64,000 nt of DNA from Scyliorhinus canicula (GCF_902713615.1 NC_052146.1:197737199-197801198); one strand, 5' to 3'; counted from the first letter of the stretch, positions 1-13,614 are shown. Program-made: numbers and translations. The notes: a model not told the origin generated them from the sequence alone.

Positions 1-736
1 ATGAAAAAAAGCATTCCCAGTTTATATTTTAAAACCTACATGAATTGGAAACCCAATGAAAAAGGGACACAAAGCTGTTGATTCTTTCCTGATCAGCATA
101 ACCTGGCATCTCTGGTGTCAGAAATAATCCTACATCTTGGTTTTCTTTTTACCTACATCACTTCTTTTAGTGATGAGTGCTCTGAATATTGGCAAACAAA
201 ATCTACCAATGCAATTTTGCATTAAAAAAATATTCCACGATGCATCCATCAGTCATAACTCTATCACAGCTCAAAATAGGTTTGACCAAAAACATTTTTA
301 GTCAGTGTCAATCCACTGTCTGAGTAACTCCATTTTAAAAGACTAAAAATTACTTTTAGGAAATATACAGAGCCATTTATAGTGTAAAGGGGCACGGTAA
401 TTACTTCTATAGTAATTAAGAAAACATTTTCAAACGTTTTCACAATGTACTCATCAGTGGGCTTGCCCCAAAGGAACTAGCTTAATTTTAGGCACTCCTT
501 AAAGGTCTGGAAAAGAATGCATTTAGTGGACGTTTAATTCATTTTGAGTGGTTAGTTTCATGGGTGAGCCAGCGTCTAACACAATGTTTTTTTAAAACTC
601 GCGTAAAAGTTCGAGGAAACTTTTCATGCTGAACATAATTTGCATTTAGCATTCAATCATCTTTTGTACTGGTTATGCTGATTTCAAGCACAGTGCAAAC
701 AAGTGGAAATTCCAGACCATAGTCTCCAAAGTCTTT

Positions 737-961
737 ATAATAATAATAATCATACTAATAATAACCTTTATTGTCACAAGTAGGCTTACATCAACACTGC
801 AAGTTACTATGAAAACCCCCTAGTCGCCACATTCCAGCGCCTGTTCAGGTACACAGAGGGAGAATTCAGAATTCTCAGCTGGTACGGGAATTGAACCTGC
901 GCTGCTGGCCTTTTTCTGCATCACAAACCTGCTGTCTAGCCCACTGAGCTAAACCAGCCCC
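737..961 (-). mobile_element. tRNA-derived SINE (gggctggtttagctca head, gtggcgactagggg tail, (TTA)n end)
   Basis: A/B box-like head on the minus strand; tail shared with many copies in the window. Confidence 0.85.
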
Positions 962-1110
962 CCCACCCCCCCCCCTGCTTTGTTAAAATGGAGTCAGCAC
1001 TAGATAAGGTTAATTTTGGAGGTATTCATTATCTTGATGCAATGGTGAATGACACTATAAATGCTAATGATATCGTTGGTGCCCCACTTGTACTGGACTG
1101 GATTACTAAC

Positions 1111-1288
1111 CATCAGGTAGATTATAGGAGGGGTTTATGAGTTTATCTAGAGTACATGGTCCAATTCGTGATGAAACAGCTGGAAAGCCAGGGACGAGAC
1201 AAGCAAATAACGTTAGTTGCTCATCTGAAGAATTCTCTTGCAGTGCTTGAAGCCAAAGCAGATAAAGTCGAATTCCTTCACATCTTAT
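1111..1288 (-). CDS. RALGAPA2: RALGAPA2 coding exon (exon 6 equivalent, 178 nt, phase 0-1)
   Basis: ttttctcctcag|ATAAGATGT...CCTGATG|gttagt; encodes [75 protein letters not shown] and GPCTL are alpha-2 rather than alpha-1 as I recall them. Confidence 0.93.
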
Positions 1289-1529
1289 CTGAGGAGAAAA
1301 TTTACACAATACTCGTCAAATCTCATCAAGATTTCCATGGTAATAATGAAGCACAAGTTGTACCACTAAGAGTCAAAAGAATTTTATCCATACTATTAGT
1401 TATGCATCCAGTCAATACCCTTTTTCATTTATACATTACATATAAATCTAGCCAGGCTAATATTTGCAATTAAGATTGGGTGGAGCAGGATGAGTGGGTT
1501 CTTTCAAGATGTGGAGGACAAGTGTGATC

Positions 1530-2320
1530 GCTGCTCGCTTGCACTAGCTAACCACACTCATGTTTTGGTTTTGTCCCAAATTTGCTGGCTACGGGGTTTT
1601 CTTTTTTAATACAAATCTTCGATTCTATGGTAGCCTTAGAACCTTGTCCATTAACAGCCATATTTGGGGTCTCTGACTAACCAGCATTTCACTGTGGGGT
1701 ATTCGCCTCTTTAGCGGCCAGGAGGTAAATATTGCTTTTTTTTTAAATAAATTTAGAGTGCCTAATTCTTTTTTTCCAATTAAGGGGCAATTTAGCATGT
1801 CCAATCCACCTACCCTGCACATATTTGGGTTGTGGAAGTGAAACCCACGCAGACACGGGGAGAATTTGCAAACTCCACATGGACAGTGACCCGGGACGAG
1901 GATCGAACCCTGGTCCTCGGCGCCGTGAGGCAGCAATGCTAACTACTGCTCCACAGTGCAGCTATGAGGCGAATATTGCTTAATTGGAGGTCTCCCACTC
2001 TGAATAGCGCATCCGCTTAGTTGGGTGATTTGATGTAATTTCTACTTGGAGAAAATGAATAATGTTGTCAGGGATCGATGGGGAGACACAACTGAGGTGG
2101 CAATCATTTATCTCATTTTTTAAGGACCTATAGACACAGCCAGCTGTTTGGAAAGGGGGGGGGGGGCGCAGTTAATGGTGGGGTTAATTTGTTTGAAACA
2201 GTTATGTGGGTACAGTATATATAACTTTTTGATTCTGTATTTCCATTTTTGGTCTATTGTTTGAGAATAATGTGGTTAATGTTATGAACTTCAATAATTA
2301 TATTTACACAAAAATATATT
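1530..2320 (+). mobile_element. Old 5'-truncated L1 3' end, interrupted by a SINE
   Basis: Degenerate ORF2 C-terminus (LAARRRILLNWRS...WLGDL...RWQSFISFFKD), then G-run and A-rich 3' UTR; boundaries approximate. Confidence 0.65.
1738..1965 (-). mobile_element. V-SINE/HE1-like SINE, A-tailed variant
   Basis: tRNA head plus gtggagtttgca...tctccccgtgtctgcgtgggttt core; TSD gagg(ta/cg)aatattgctt at 1722-1737 and 1966-1981. Confidence 0.85.
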
Positions 2321-3409
2321 CTTGGGCTGAAGGATTAATAAAATAGCACCAGAAAGCAACAACAAAAAAAAGATTGTGTGGAGCAGCCAATTAAAAAAAG
2401 TCAGACATTTGTTCTGCTGTATACTGGCTATTTGATGCTCCAAATGTACTAATGAGTACAATTCACACCTCTCTCACCATCTACCTTTATTCTGGACAGC
2501 CATCTAACTTGAGAAAATGGGACTAATTGTTTGCCAGTTTCATTAGTGTCAAAATCAAGGGTGGTTAACCCATATTGAGAGGGTCTGCTATTTTGAACTT
2601 ATTTAGCTGAAGGAGTTTGGATTTAAATTAGGAAGGCAAGTTGGCCATTGAACATCACAGCAATACCAAAAACAACTGAAAGATTTGGTCATCAAAATCT
2701 TTGGGGAACAAAATTTTCTAAGATTACAGAACACATAATAAATTAATTAAATGGCATGTGTTTGCTACTTATAATGTGATTTAAAGTATACATATAGGTC
2801 ATTTGATGTAAATGTTCCACATGGCCCTCTCCTCCCCCCACTTCATTTAACTTTACCAGCATACTCTTCCTTACTTCATCAATTTACTTAACTATGTCCA
2901 ATGTGCAATTCCCCTATTTACCTCAACAGTTTCTTATAGTACTATGTTTCACATGCTAACCACTCTCTGGTTTTAATTATTATATATTCATTCATTCAAT
3001 AATTTTTCATTTTCATTTATTGATAGTCATCCTTCAGTCTTCTCTTCACTAGACAGTTTTGCTCAAGCTCAATTTTGATGATTCAAATTTTGAATAAAGT
3101 TTTACAATAATTTGCGCATTCTATGTCAGGATAATTTAATCAGCAACAGTAGTGTAAGGTTATCTCTAAGTACTTCATCTATTAAAATGTGACTAGTTCT
3201 AAATAGCAAGGTTCAAAATGGTAAAATCCAAGAGTTATCCAGAGCCCTAATTAAAACAGAAAGAGAAACTACACTTATTAATCTAAACAGCGAGAGACCC
3301 AGGTGAATACCCTCTCTACTAAGCATGCAAAGTCACCCGAAAGATCAACATTCAAATTCAGAATTCAATAACATTTTAACTTTTATTACATTTTGATGAT
3401 AAATTAACT

Positions 3410-3985
3410 GAATTATACCTTTAATATCCTGAAGGGTTCTGACAGGATGGATGTGGAACAGATGTTTCCTCCTCTCGGAAAATCTACAACTAGGGGGTCA
3501 CTATTTAGAAATAAGGGATTGCTCATTTCAGAGTGTTGAGCAGAATCTTTTTCTCGGAGCTCAAGAGTCTCTGGAACTCTCTTCCTCAAAAGGCAGTGGT
3601 GCATGTTTTTGCATACCAGGGGCTGGTTTAGCTCACTCAGCTAAATCGCTGGCTTTTAAAGCAGACCAAGCAGGCCAGCAGCACGGTTCGATTCCCGTAC
3701 CAGCCTCCCCGGACAGGCGCCGGAATGTGGCGACTAGGGGCTTTTCACAGTAACTTCATTGAAGCCTACTCGTGACAATAAGCGATTTTCATTCATTTCA
3801 TTTCATTTCTATTGAAGAGCTAGATAGATTCTTGATTTACAAGGGGGTGAAAGGCTTTGGGGGGGGGGGAGGCATAAATGTGGGGTTGAAGTTAGAATCA
3901 GATCAGCCATGATTCAATTGAATAGTGGAGCAGGATCGAGGGGCAGAGTGGCCTACTCCTGTTTCTAATTCTTATATCTGTATGT
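3410..3985 (+). mobile_element. CR1 LINE 3' fragment containing a SINE
   Basis: Degenerate KGxDRxDVExMFPL.ES.TRGH; 3' UTR gatcagccatgat...gagtggcctactcctg. Confidence 0.75.
3619..3809 (+). mobile_element. Young tRNA-derived SINE with (TTTCA)n tail
   Basis: Near-identical to copies at 20318, 40845 and 61706; B box ggttcgattccc. Confidence 0.9.
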
Positions 3986-4443
3986 AACGTAAGCACCATT
4001 TTTTTACATTTTGCAATCTTGCCCAAAGGCCAATTACAAAAAAAGGTTACCAATAATATATTGCTTCTTTGCAGACATGTGCAAAATGATGTCACTCAAG
4101 AGACTTGGCATGACCTACAACAAATTAAGCCATCTGCTGTGCACTTGTTTCAAATGATTTCTGTATTTTGTCACAGGGACAAATATTTCTGTTTACTTCA
4201 ACATTGGAAGTCATCCAGCAGATTCCTAGTGCGTTTTCACAGTGGAGCTACAAATTATGAGAAGGGTCATTAATAGATCACTCGCACACACCTCCTAGAT
4301 GTTGGTTGTGAAAGAGGCCAAGGGAATTGGATGCTTAACCTCCCCTACCTCATTCCTCCGAATTAGAACCTGGGGTTGGGGGGGTGTATAAGCAGAAAGA
4401 AGGGTCCATAGTCTCATAGAAATAAATAAATTTAACTTCTTAC

Positions 4444-4487
4444 CTTAACAGAGTTTCCAGTATGCAGAAGTTTCTTCAAAATTGAGC
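4444..4487 (-). CDS. RALGAPA2: RALGAPA2 coding exon (exon 5 equivalent, 44 nt, phase 1-0)
   Basis: aatacttcag|GCTCAATT...GTTAAG|gtaaga; encodes (G)SILKKLLHTGNSVK. Confidence 0.93.
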
Positions 4488-5237
4488 CTGAAGTATTAAT
4501 TTGGTTGCAAATTAAAGATTGCAGATATAAACATAAACGTGTAAATAGTATATGTAAATGTAAACACATTGAGGGAGCTAGGCACAAAACACATCAACTC
4601 TTTCAAAAAACAATTTGAAAGGGCTGGAGATTCATTAGAAAAGTTAATTTATATCCTAATAAAATCAGTTTAATTGAAATGAACCAAACAAATTATCTTC
4701 CGTCCAGCCCTTCCATTCAGTATGATGGGCCAAGTTTACCCAATTAAAAGACCCATGTGGGGCAGGAGGGTTGCAGGTTCAATCTAGTGTCTAAAGTTGA
4801 ATTTGATGTCCTCAGTTCAACTTCTGCTCAATACTTCTGCCAAAGCATCGGTGGGTTAGGGAGCGGAACATACTTCAGGGTTCCCATGACAGAGCACTAT
4901 TCAGAATATCTGCAAAAGTGGGTCAGGTCGAACGCCACTGTGATGCCACCCATATTCAGAAAGCCTGCCAAAACTCTGACAAAGTTCACACAATGTTAAC
5001 AGCAATTGTGGCAAGTCATTAGAGGTAAACTACAACTCATGAACTCATCAACAGCAGGAAGCAATACCTACAGAAAGGAAGAATAGAAAATTGTTGAGGG
5101 AAAAATGCTTCCCAGAGAGAGTTATTTTCTAACTTCTTTAACAGAATAACGAGCTGCAAAAGTAAGATTTTGTTACTAGCCCAAGATTGGTGTTAAAGGA
5201 GCAAGGAAGAAAAAAAGCTAACTGTTAAAGACTTAAT

Positions 5238-5520
5238 TGGTAACATTCCTGCCAGAGTCAGAAGATTGCAAATTCAAGACCCTATTCCAAAACTTGAGGA
5301 TACAGTGCAGGCTGGCATTTAATGCAGTGCTGCAGTGTAAGAGATGCTGTCGCTTGGATGAGTCATTAAATTGAAGCCTAGTCTGTCTGATCAGGTGGAC
5401 ACAGCACTTTTCAAGAATAGCAGGGGGGTCCATTAGTCCCAGACATTGTTAATTTCTCAACAGCATCTCCAAAATACATTAACTAGCAATTCATCACATT
5501 TATTGTTTGTGGAATCAGGT
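5238..5520 (+). mobile_element. Old DeuSINE-like SINE (SacSINE1/AmnSINE1 type)
   Basis: Degenerate Deu-domain motifs gtgctgca...gatgag.cattaaa..gaagcc.agtctg and cacatt..tgtttgtgg. Confidence 0.6.
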
Positions 5521-6099
5521 AACCAATGCCAATCTGTTGACGGATCACGCTAGTACCCAGAAGCCCGCCCATCAGGCCATTTCAGTCATGTTTGCGTTGC
5601 AATCCTGTATGGTGGATGTGTTCAGCGCTGGCATACAGTGCTTCAGGCTGAATCAGGCATAGTTCACACTGCATAACCACTGACTAATGTTTAATTGAAA
5701 ATAGCACACAAGCACTGTGACCCCCAACTCAATCCTCTGAATGGTTCAGAAGCGTCTTTATATAAAAATGATGGTATTTTGACAGGGTATTCCTTCTTTT
5801 TTATGATCGACAGTAAAAGTTCAGCATGAAGTACAAGCATTAATTGAGCAAGATCAACCCCTGTGCATTAACTAGCAACAAAGCCAAGAAGATTGACAAC
5901 ACAAGACAATCATTGATTGCCAAGTCTGGCTGAACTTTGAAAAGAATAATCAGGCTGAAACAAGTTATTTTGCAGTTCATTCACCCACTACAAAATAGAC
6001 CTCGCATTTAATACCATCTTTTTTTTGCAGTATGGATACCACATTGCACACTGTATTACAGGTGTGTACCTCTGGTTCAGTGTAACTTTAGTGCATTCA

Positions 6100-6930
6100 A
6101 AGTCACAAAACAGGTTCAGCCCAATTGGCATGTGCCTAATGTTTGTATTCTAAATAAGCTTTCTCACACCCATTACCTATGGCCAGCCATGTCACATTTT
6201 GTTACATTCCCCTCTTCCGTGTCTGCATCATGCCTTCTCTAAATACACCACAGCTGTCTATTTAAATCCCTCCATGGGGCACGTTTCGCACGTGTAAAGA
6301 AATTCTTCCCAAATTCTTTATTTTGTTTCATTTAATTGGTTCACGGCTATCATATTGATGCACACCATTTCCGGGCTCACAGGAGGAAAGCTACTCCACA
6401 AGCACCCTATCAAACCCCTCAAATATATTTTTTCAACATTTCTATTTTCCAGAGAAAATAGTCCTAGCCTGCTCAATCTTTCCAGATAAATGTGATCAAA
6501 TTAAAATTAAATTAAATTAAATTAAATTAAATTAAATTAAATTAAATGGAAAGTCTGGTAAAATCCTTATAAATTGTTTCTGCACTTTGGCAATTTTAAA
6601 TATCTTTTCTTGCAGTATGAATACCAAACTGCAGACAGTATTCCAAGTGTGGTACAACCAAAGTTCTATTAAATTAAACATTACCTGTCTATTTTTCTAT
6701 TCTATTCCTCTGCAGATGAGCCTCAGTATTCCGCTGGTATTCTATATGGCATTATCAGCTGGTGCTGGTACTTTTAGTGATTCAGACATCAGTGTTCCCA
6801 AACCTCTTTGCTCCTCTACCCATCTAAGAATGGCTTTCCTATACTTCTGACCAAAATAGAGCACCTCAGACTTCACTGTACTGAATTTCATTTGCCATTT
6901 ATCCACCAACGCTATAAGCCTGTTTATGTC
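6100..6930 (-). mobile_element. Old CR1 3' fragment
   Basis: Reverse-strand remnants (ccaaactgcagacagtattccaagtgtgg = PHLEYC..FG). Confidence 0.6.
6505..6547. repeat. (AATTA)n pentanucleotide microsatellite
   Basis: About 8 perfect units. Confidence 0.95.
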
Positions 6931-7819
6931 TTCCTGTATTTTGATGGGTTTTTTTTGTTATGAACAACATATAATGTTTTAACGTTGAATGTTCAGTTTC
7001 TTTTCAGTTGTTTGAGACTTGGTACTTGGGAGTCTGGATAGGTCTTTTGGAAATAGGGATGTATATTTTAATACATTTTTATAACCCCTGAAGATAATGA
7101 GATGGATTAAAAGTATAACGATTCTGGAGAAAAAAAAGCCATGTTACTGTTGCCTTGCAACAGTGGTCCTGGGACAGACACAGGAAAAAAAAATTCAGTG
7201 TATATCAGAGAGACAGGACAGGAATCCTAGGCTCACTTATAAGAAAGACAAGGCTATTGTAGATAGCAGTCTTTTTACAATCCTCATTAATACCCATCTC
7301 CTTGACCAATATTTTGATCTAGTGGCATTCACTAGAAATATAGTGAGGGCAAAACTGGGATAATGGAAATATTTTATCAGGAGGCAATATAAAATACAAT
7401 TTTAAAATACTTGTAGGTTCATGGCAAGTTATTTCTTCATAAAGGTATCTTGGTACGTAAAACATAAGGCATCATAAAAGTTAAATATATTAACTGTACA
7501 ATGTGGCAACTGTGATCGAACCAAGTTCTGAAGAGGAGTTATATAGGACTTAAACGTTAACTCTGTATGTCTCTCAAGAGATTATGCCAGGCATGCTGAG
7601 TTTATCCACCGCTTCATTTTAATTTTATCTACAGCACTCCACAGTATTTTCCTTCTATTTTAGTGATCTAACAGAAGTGTTATGTATGTTGAGCATACCT
7701 TCTTTACTTTCCCTTGTATGCGGCACTCCAGTCATCTTTCTCATTCTGCTTGCGTCAGTTCATTTTTTAAACGCTCGGCAATGACGGATAATCTTTATAA
7801 TATTAAGTTATGCTGGGGA

Positions 7820-8155
7820 GGGAGTGGCATAGCGTATCGTCACTGGACTAGTAATCGAGACCAAGAGTAAGGCTTTGGGGCCACAAGTTCAAATCTCATC
7901 ACTGCAGATGGTGAAATTTGAATTCAATAAAAATCTGGAATTAAAAGTCCGGTGATGACCATGAAACCATTGTCGACTGTTGTAGAAACCCATCTGGTCT
8001 GGTTCACTAATGTCCATTAAGGAAGGAAATCTGCATTTGACTCCAAGAACATGGCAATGTGGTTGACTCTTACCTGCCTCTTCAAGGGCAATTAGAGATG
8101 GGCAATAAATGACAGCCTAGCCAGTGACGCCCACAACCCATGACGGATGAAAAAA
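7820..8155 (+). mobile_element. tRNA-derived SINE whose tail matches the LINE 3' end at 53100-53510
   Basis: gtggcatag...actggactagtaatc head; tail aagggcaattagagatgggcaataaatg...gccagtgacgcccaca. Confidence 0.75.
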
Positions 8156-8424
8156 TATTTTGCCCTGGGGCGGATTGGTCAAGGACTTTGTGTTTTATTT
8201 GCCGAGACCGATTCTTCGGTATGCATCCGCGAAGAAATCAAACATGGCTTGAATATTCTCTTCTGATACAGATGGCTTTTTCGTCCACACTGAAGTTCTC
8301 CAAGCGATGTCAGTGTCGTTGGGTTTCAATCGGTTAAGGTTGAAAAGTTTTTCGTCCATCCTGTAGACCATTTCCACTCCACTGGAAGTTTGTTCTTGGC
8401 AAGGTGAAGGACGGTGGCAATAAA

Positions 8425-9060
8425 CAAAGAACAGTACAGCACAGGAACAGGTCCTTTAGCACTCCAAGCCTGCGCCGATCGCCTGTCTAAACTAAACTCT
8501 TCTGCACTTCCGGGGTCCGCATCCCTCTAAACCATCCTATTGATGTATCTGTCAAGATGCCTCTTAAACGTCTGTATCGTGCTTCCACCACCTCCCTCGG
8601 CAGGCTCTCACCACCCTCTGTTTAAAAAAAAATGTGCCTTGCACTTCTCCTCTAAACTTTGCCCCTCTTACCGTAAACCTATGTCCCTGAGTAATTGACT
8701 TTGTGCCCTGGGAAAAAACACACTCTCACCATGCCACTCAATTTTGTAAACCTTTACCAGGTTGCCCTCAACCGCTGTCATTCCAGTAAAAACAATTTGA
8801 GTTTACCCAACCTCTCCTCATAGCTAATAACCCCCAGACCAGGCAACATCCTCTTCTGTACCCACTCCAAAGTCCCCTCATCCTTCTGGTAGTGTTGCAA
8901 CCAGAATTGAATGCAATATTCCAAGTGTGGCCTAAGTGAGGTTCTGTACAGCTGCAGCATAACTTGCCAAATGTCATACTCAATGCCCCCCGACCGATGA
9001 AAGAAAGAATGCTGTATGCCTTCTTGATTACCTTCTCCACTTTCAGTGATCTGTTGACCT
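8425..9060 (-). mobile_element. CR1 3' fragment
   Basis: MLQLYRTSLRPHLEYCIQFW...SYEERLGKLKLF in the ORF track. Confidence 0.85.
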
Positions 9061-9351
9061 GTAAATGGTGAAAAGGGCGGGGGTGATGACACTTCCCTGC
9101 TCTTGGCCTCAAAGGTTTGTCTTATTTCCGTTGGTGAGGACTGTTGCCGACATCTTGTCGTGAAGTCGTAGAAAGATGTTCATTTTTCTGGACAGCTGGC
9201 CCTTGACAGGATCTTCCAAGACACTTCCCAGTTAACCAACAGCCTTGGTCAGATCGGCGAAGGCCATGTAGAATGGTTGATGTTGCTCCTGTCACTTCTT
9301 TTGAAGTTGTCAGTGAAAATCATGTCCATTGTTCCATGGATATCTTCAGGT

Positions 9352-9457
9352 GAAAAATGAAATGAAAATCGCTTGTCACGAGTAGGCTTCAAATGAAGTT
9401 ACTGTGAAAAGCCCCTAGTCGCCACATTCCGGCACCTGTCCGGGGAGGCTGGTACGG
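9352..9457 (-). mobile_element. Truncated (TTTCA)n-tailed SINE
   Basis: 3' half of the 3619 family. Confidence 0.85.
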
Positions 9458-10298
9458 ATGGCAGCTCAGAAAGAGTCGGCTGATGATCTTCCCGGCGATG
9501 GATAGCACGGAGATTCCTCAGTAGTTCCCACAATCCACCCAGTTTCCTTTCTTGAAGATGGTGGCAATTATGACATCCCTAACATTGGCAGGGATTTCTT
9601 CTCTGCCCCAGATTTTCAACAACAGCTGATGGAGATGATGGGGCTTCTCCTCCAGGTTTTAAAATCTCCGCTAGAAACCCGTCCACTCCTGCAGCTTTTT
9701 CATTCATGTCTTTAATCTTGGACTGCATTCATCCTTGGTGGGAGTCCAAGATCACCTTTGATGGGGAGTTGTGGGATTTCGCAAATATTTCCCCATCTTT
9801 GATTATATCATGGTTTAGGAATTCTTTAAAGTGTTCTCTCCATCAAAGGCTGATGTTTTTTGTCTCTCACTGGTTTGAGGTCTAGAGTTTTGGGTCCGTA
9901 TATTGCCTTGATGGCACTGAAGCAGCCTCGGGTGTTAGATTATCGGTGGGGAGTTGCAGCTCCTTAACTTTTTCAGTCAACCATTGGTTCTTGATTTTCC
10001 TAGTTCTTCTTTGTACCTCAGCCTTTGGTGTTTGAGGAGTACTCCTTGCTGGTTATATCGTTTATCCAAGCAGGAGGGCTTTCCTCTTCTTATCAATGAG
10101 GTCTTGAGATGGTTCTCATCGAACCAGTCTTGGTGTTTCCTGGTCTTATAGCCAATGGTTTCTTCACAGCTTGTATTCAGCCCTTTTTAGTTTTCCTCCA
10201 TTCCATTAAAATGAACGCTTTGGAGATTGAGTGAAGGCAGTGTTGGACGTCCGCTAGCATGCTTGGCTCTTGAAGTCTCTCAACATCGATCATTTGTA

Positions 10299-10514
10299 AG
10301 GGTGGCACAGTGGTTAGCACTTCTGCCCACGCACTGAGGATCCGGGCTCAATCCCGGCCCTGGGTCACTGTTCGTGCGGAGTTTGCACATTCTCCCAGTG
10401 TCTGCGTGGGTTTCACCCTCACAACCTAAAGATGTGCTGGTGAGGTAGAATGGCCACTCTAAATTTCCCCTTAATTGGGAAAAAAAAATTGGCTATTCTA
10501 AATTTAAATAAAAA
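10299..10514 (+). mobile_element. V-SINE/HE1-like SINE, A-tailed variant
   Basis: Same structure as the 1738 copy; imperfect TSD acat(c/t)gatc(a)tttgt. Confidence 0.85.
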
Positions 10515-10639
10515 CATTGATCTTTGTCTGAGCTGTTTCTTCCTCTTCCATTGCTTCTGGTGGAGTTTGATGGACACAGAGGAGCGGATGGAGCGGTGGT
10601 CTGCCCAGAAATCGTCTGCACTGGTCATCACTTTGGTAA

Positions 10640-11215
10640 CACAGAAACATAGAAAATAGAAGCAGGAGGAGGCCATTCTCACCTTCAGGCCTGTTGCACC
10701 ATTCATTATGATCATGGCTGATCATCAAGTTCAATACTCTGATCCCGCTTTCCCCACATATCCCTTTATCCCTTCAGTCCCAAGAGCTATATCTAATTCC
10801 TTTTTGAAATTACACAACGTGTTTGCCTCAACTATTTTCTGTGGTCGCGAATTCCACAAATTTACCACTCTCTGGGTGAAGAAAATCCTGCTCACCTCAG
10901 TCCTAAAAGGTTTCCCTTATCCTCCCCTAGTTCTGGACTCCCCCACCATTGGGAACATTCTTTCTGAATCTACCCAGTCTAAACCTCCAGGAAGTTTGTG
11001 AGTTTCTATGAGATCCCCTCTCACTTTCCGAAACTCCAATGAATATAATTGTAACCGACTTAGTCTCTCCTCATAATTCAGTCCCACCATCCCGGGGATC
11101 TGCCTGGCAAACCTTCGCTGCTCTCCCGCCATAGCAAGAACATCCTTCCTCAGATAAGGACACCAAAACTGCACACAATACTCCAGATGTGTCCTCGTCA
11201 ATGCCCTATACAATT
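10640..11215 (-). mobile_element. CR1 3' fragment
   Basis: YRALTRTHLEYCVQFW...YEERLSRLQLYSLEFR; (TTTCTATG)-type 3' end. Confidence 0.85.
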
Positions 11216-11490
11216 ATAGTAAATGGTAATGAGAGCACCCTTTTGGTTTCGGGTTCAGATAATGACGCAGTCGTCATGTGCCAGTGCTTTGATCATGGAT
11301 ATCTCCAGGAAGTCTTGAACTTGTCTATTTGGTGGAACAATGTGTTAGTGATGACAAGCTGGTGTTCCACGCCTTTGCAGCAGGAGAACCCCGTTGGAGT
11401 TGCAATTCCCAACTCCTTCCTTTCTGATGGTTCCTTTCCAACCCTGGCGCTGATGTCCCCGATGATCTCATCTTCCTTAGGAATGTTGGA

Positions 11491-11700
11491 CAGGGGTGGC
11501 ATGGTGGAGCAGTGGTTAGTACTGCTGCTTCATGGCGCCATGGACCTGGGTTCGATACCAGCCCCGGGTCACTTGTGTGTGGAGTTTACACGTTTTCCCC
11601 GTGTCTGCGTGGGTCTCGTCCTCAAACTCAAAGATGTGCAGAGAGGCGGACTGACCATGCTAAATTGCCCCTTAATCGGAATTTTTTTTTTTTTTTTTAA
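11491..11700 (+). mobile_element. V-SINE/HE1-like SINE with 12-bp TSD
   Basis: TSD aggaatgttgga at 11479-11490 and 11701-11712. Confidence 0.85.
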
Positions 11701-12933
11701 AGGAATGTTGGAGAGTATGATGCCCAGAATGGAGTAGAAGATTGGGGTTTAGGCACTCATGGCTGTGGCCTGCGGATTCGCGGTAAGTTGTAGGTGAAGA
11801 GTCATGAGGTGTTGGTTGATGCCAACAGGGAGCTCAAAGTCAGTTGACGAGTTTCTTCTTACTCTCACTCACTCTTAACTTATTAACTTTTAATAACTTA
11901 TCTCCTGCTTAATGCTTCGCCGCTCAGTACAGCATGGTGGAGGGCGGGGGTGGGGGCAACCTTTGTCTGATTAAGCTTCTATGAAGCACCTTGGGCCATT
12001 CTCCTACATTACACTAATGCATTATATTAATGCAAGTTATTGTCACATCCACAAAATACGTTTAAAATTTCTACGAACTCCTCTTTAAAATTGATGCAAG
12101 GACTTATTTTACAGATGTCTTCCTGAAATAAAGCATGACCTCTGGCCCTTTGCCCTAACCCTTTACCTCCAAGTATTATTCATTTTGCCACATCTATTGT
12201 TAAGCGGCTATTCATGTGAGCAACTCGGCAATTAACAAAAAGTGAGAGAAAAAACAGGAAGCAGACTCCCTTGAAGCCAATAAAGACAATGTCAACAAGT
12301 GAAAATAAGTATTAAGGAGGTCAACACTATGTGCATGCCATATGAAAATTAATAAAAACATAAAACTAAATATTTGAAAATCCTTTATGAGACCCTAAAA
12401 CAGCATTTCTGAAGCAAGGGATTGCAATGTTTTTGATGCCATAAAGATGATTAACGAAAATGGACTACAAAAAAGAAACAGGAAAGAAAAAAAAATGAGT
12501 TTGGCATGTTTGACTGTGGCTATCAAATTTAAGGAAGGATGTTACGGAGAAGGAAACCAAAATGAACAGAATGATGAAAGGCTAAAGATTGGCACTAAAA
12601 TAAATAGAGTGCACCAATGCTTTACGAAAATTTTACATATGAAGTTTAGCATTACACACAGGAGTGTTTTAAAAAGATTAACATAAACCCCTAGCTTATG
12701 ATTAGAAACAGATAATTTGAGGATAACTAAGTATGAACAAACATTTACAGACATTTAAATTTCAGACAAAGATACAACATAAATATTTGATTCATCACCA
12801 CAAAAATTAAGATGGTATAGATTACAGAAAGAAAAGCATTTTGAATAAAGATCATACTATATCATAATCGAGCAGAGTTTACAATTTGCTCCTCGATTTA
12901 TAAATATCCCACAAATTACCCCATTCTTCTTAC

Positions 12934-12991
12934 CTATGCTGTGAAATTGCCATCTGTTGTTGATTTTCTCAGGAAGAAGTTGAAGTATTTT
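12934..12991 (-). CDS. RALGAPA2: RALGAPA2 coding exon (exon 4 equivalent, 58 nt, phase 0-1)
   Basis: cttgaacag|AAAATACTT...AGCATAG|gtaaga; encodes KILQLLPEKINNRWQFHSI(G). Confidence 0.93.
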
Positions 12992-13614
12992 CTGTTCAAG
13001 GTAAATTAAAAGTACAATTTCAGGTACATGCTCCAGGATAGCAACACTATATCCCAAAATTTTGGCAGCACAGATGTTCAACCCATCAAGTCTATGTCAC
13101 AGCCACACTTCAAGTCAATGCCACATCTCTGCGGAGCAATCCAGGCATTCTCATTTCCCTGCTCTCTCCCCAAGCCCTACAAGTAGATTTCCTTTAAGTG
13201 CCCATCCAATTTCCTCTTGAAAACATTGATTGTTTCTGCTTGCTTCCACAAGCAGCAAATTCCAGGTCATTGTCAGTCACTGCATAAAAACAGTCTTCCT
13301 CACATTCTCCTTGCGTCTCTTACTTATTAATATTATTGCTTTTCGATTAAGATTGAACTTTTCCTTAAAATGGCAACAACTAGGAGAGTTAAACTCGAAA
13401 CATTGCAAGTTTGAAAACTTGAAAGACTCTGGTGCCTTAGAAAGTACCACTCTGACTATTTGATAAGAGTACTGCTAGATCCTAAACACATCAAAATAAA
13501 GCCAAGCATTTTTGTTATCACTCTTCAAGGACCATATTTTGTTTATTTAAATTCCATTCTTTTTAAAAATGTGCTTGGGGTCATTCTCAGGTGACCTATA
13601 CAAATCCCACTTCA

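Larger units (their letters stand above)
8180..11860 (-). mobile_element. Fragmented old RTE-clade LINE interrupted by CR1s and SINEs
   Basis: Reverse-strand RTE motifs: LVITNTLFHQIDKFKTSWRYP (endonuclease), GISVLSIAGKI, QEQHQPFYMAFADLTKA, YRMDEKLFNLNRL, FADAYRRIGL. Confidence 0.75.

Noticed and set aside
1156-1473. 105-aa plus-strand ORF
   Set aside because: Antisense shadow of the RALGAPA2 exon at 1111-1288; no independent gene signals
3619-3700. tRNA gene
   Set aside because: A/B boxes belong to multicopy SINE heads; no complete cloverleaf
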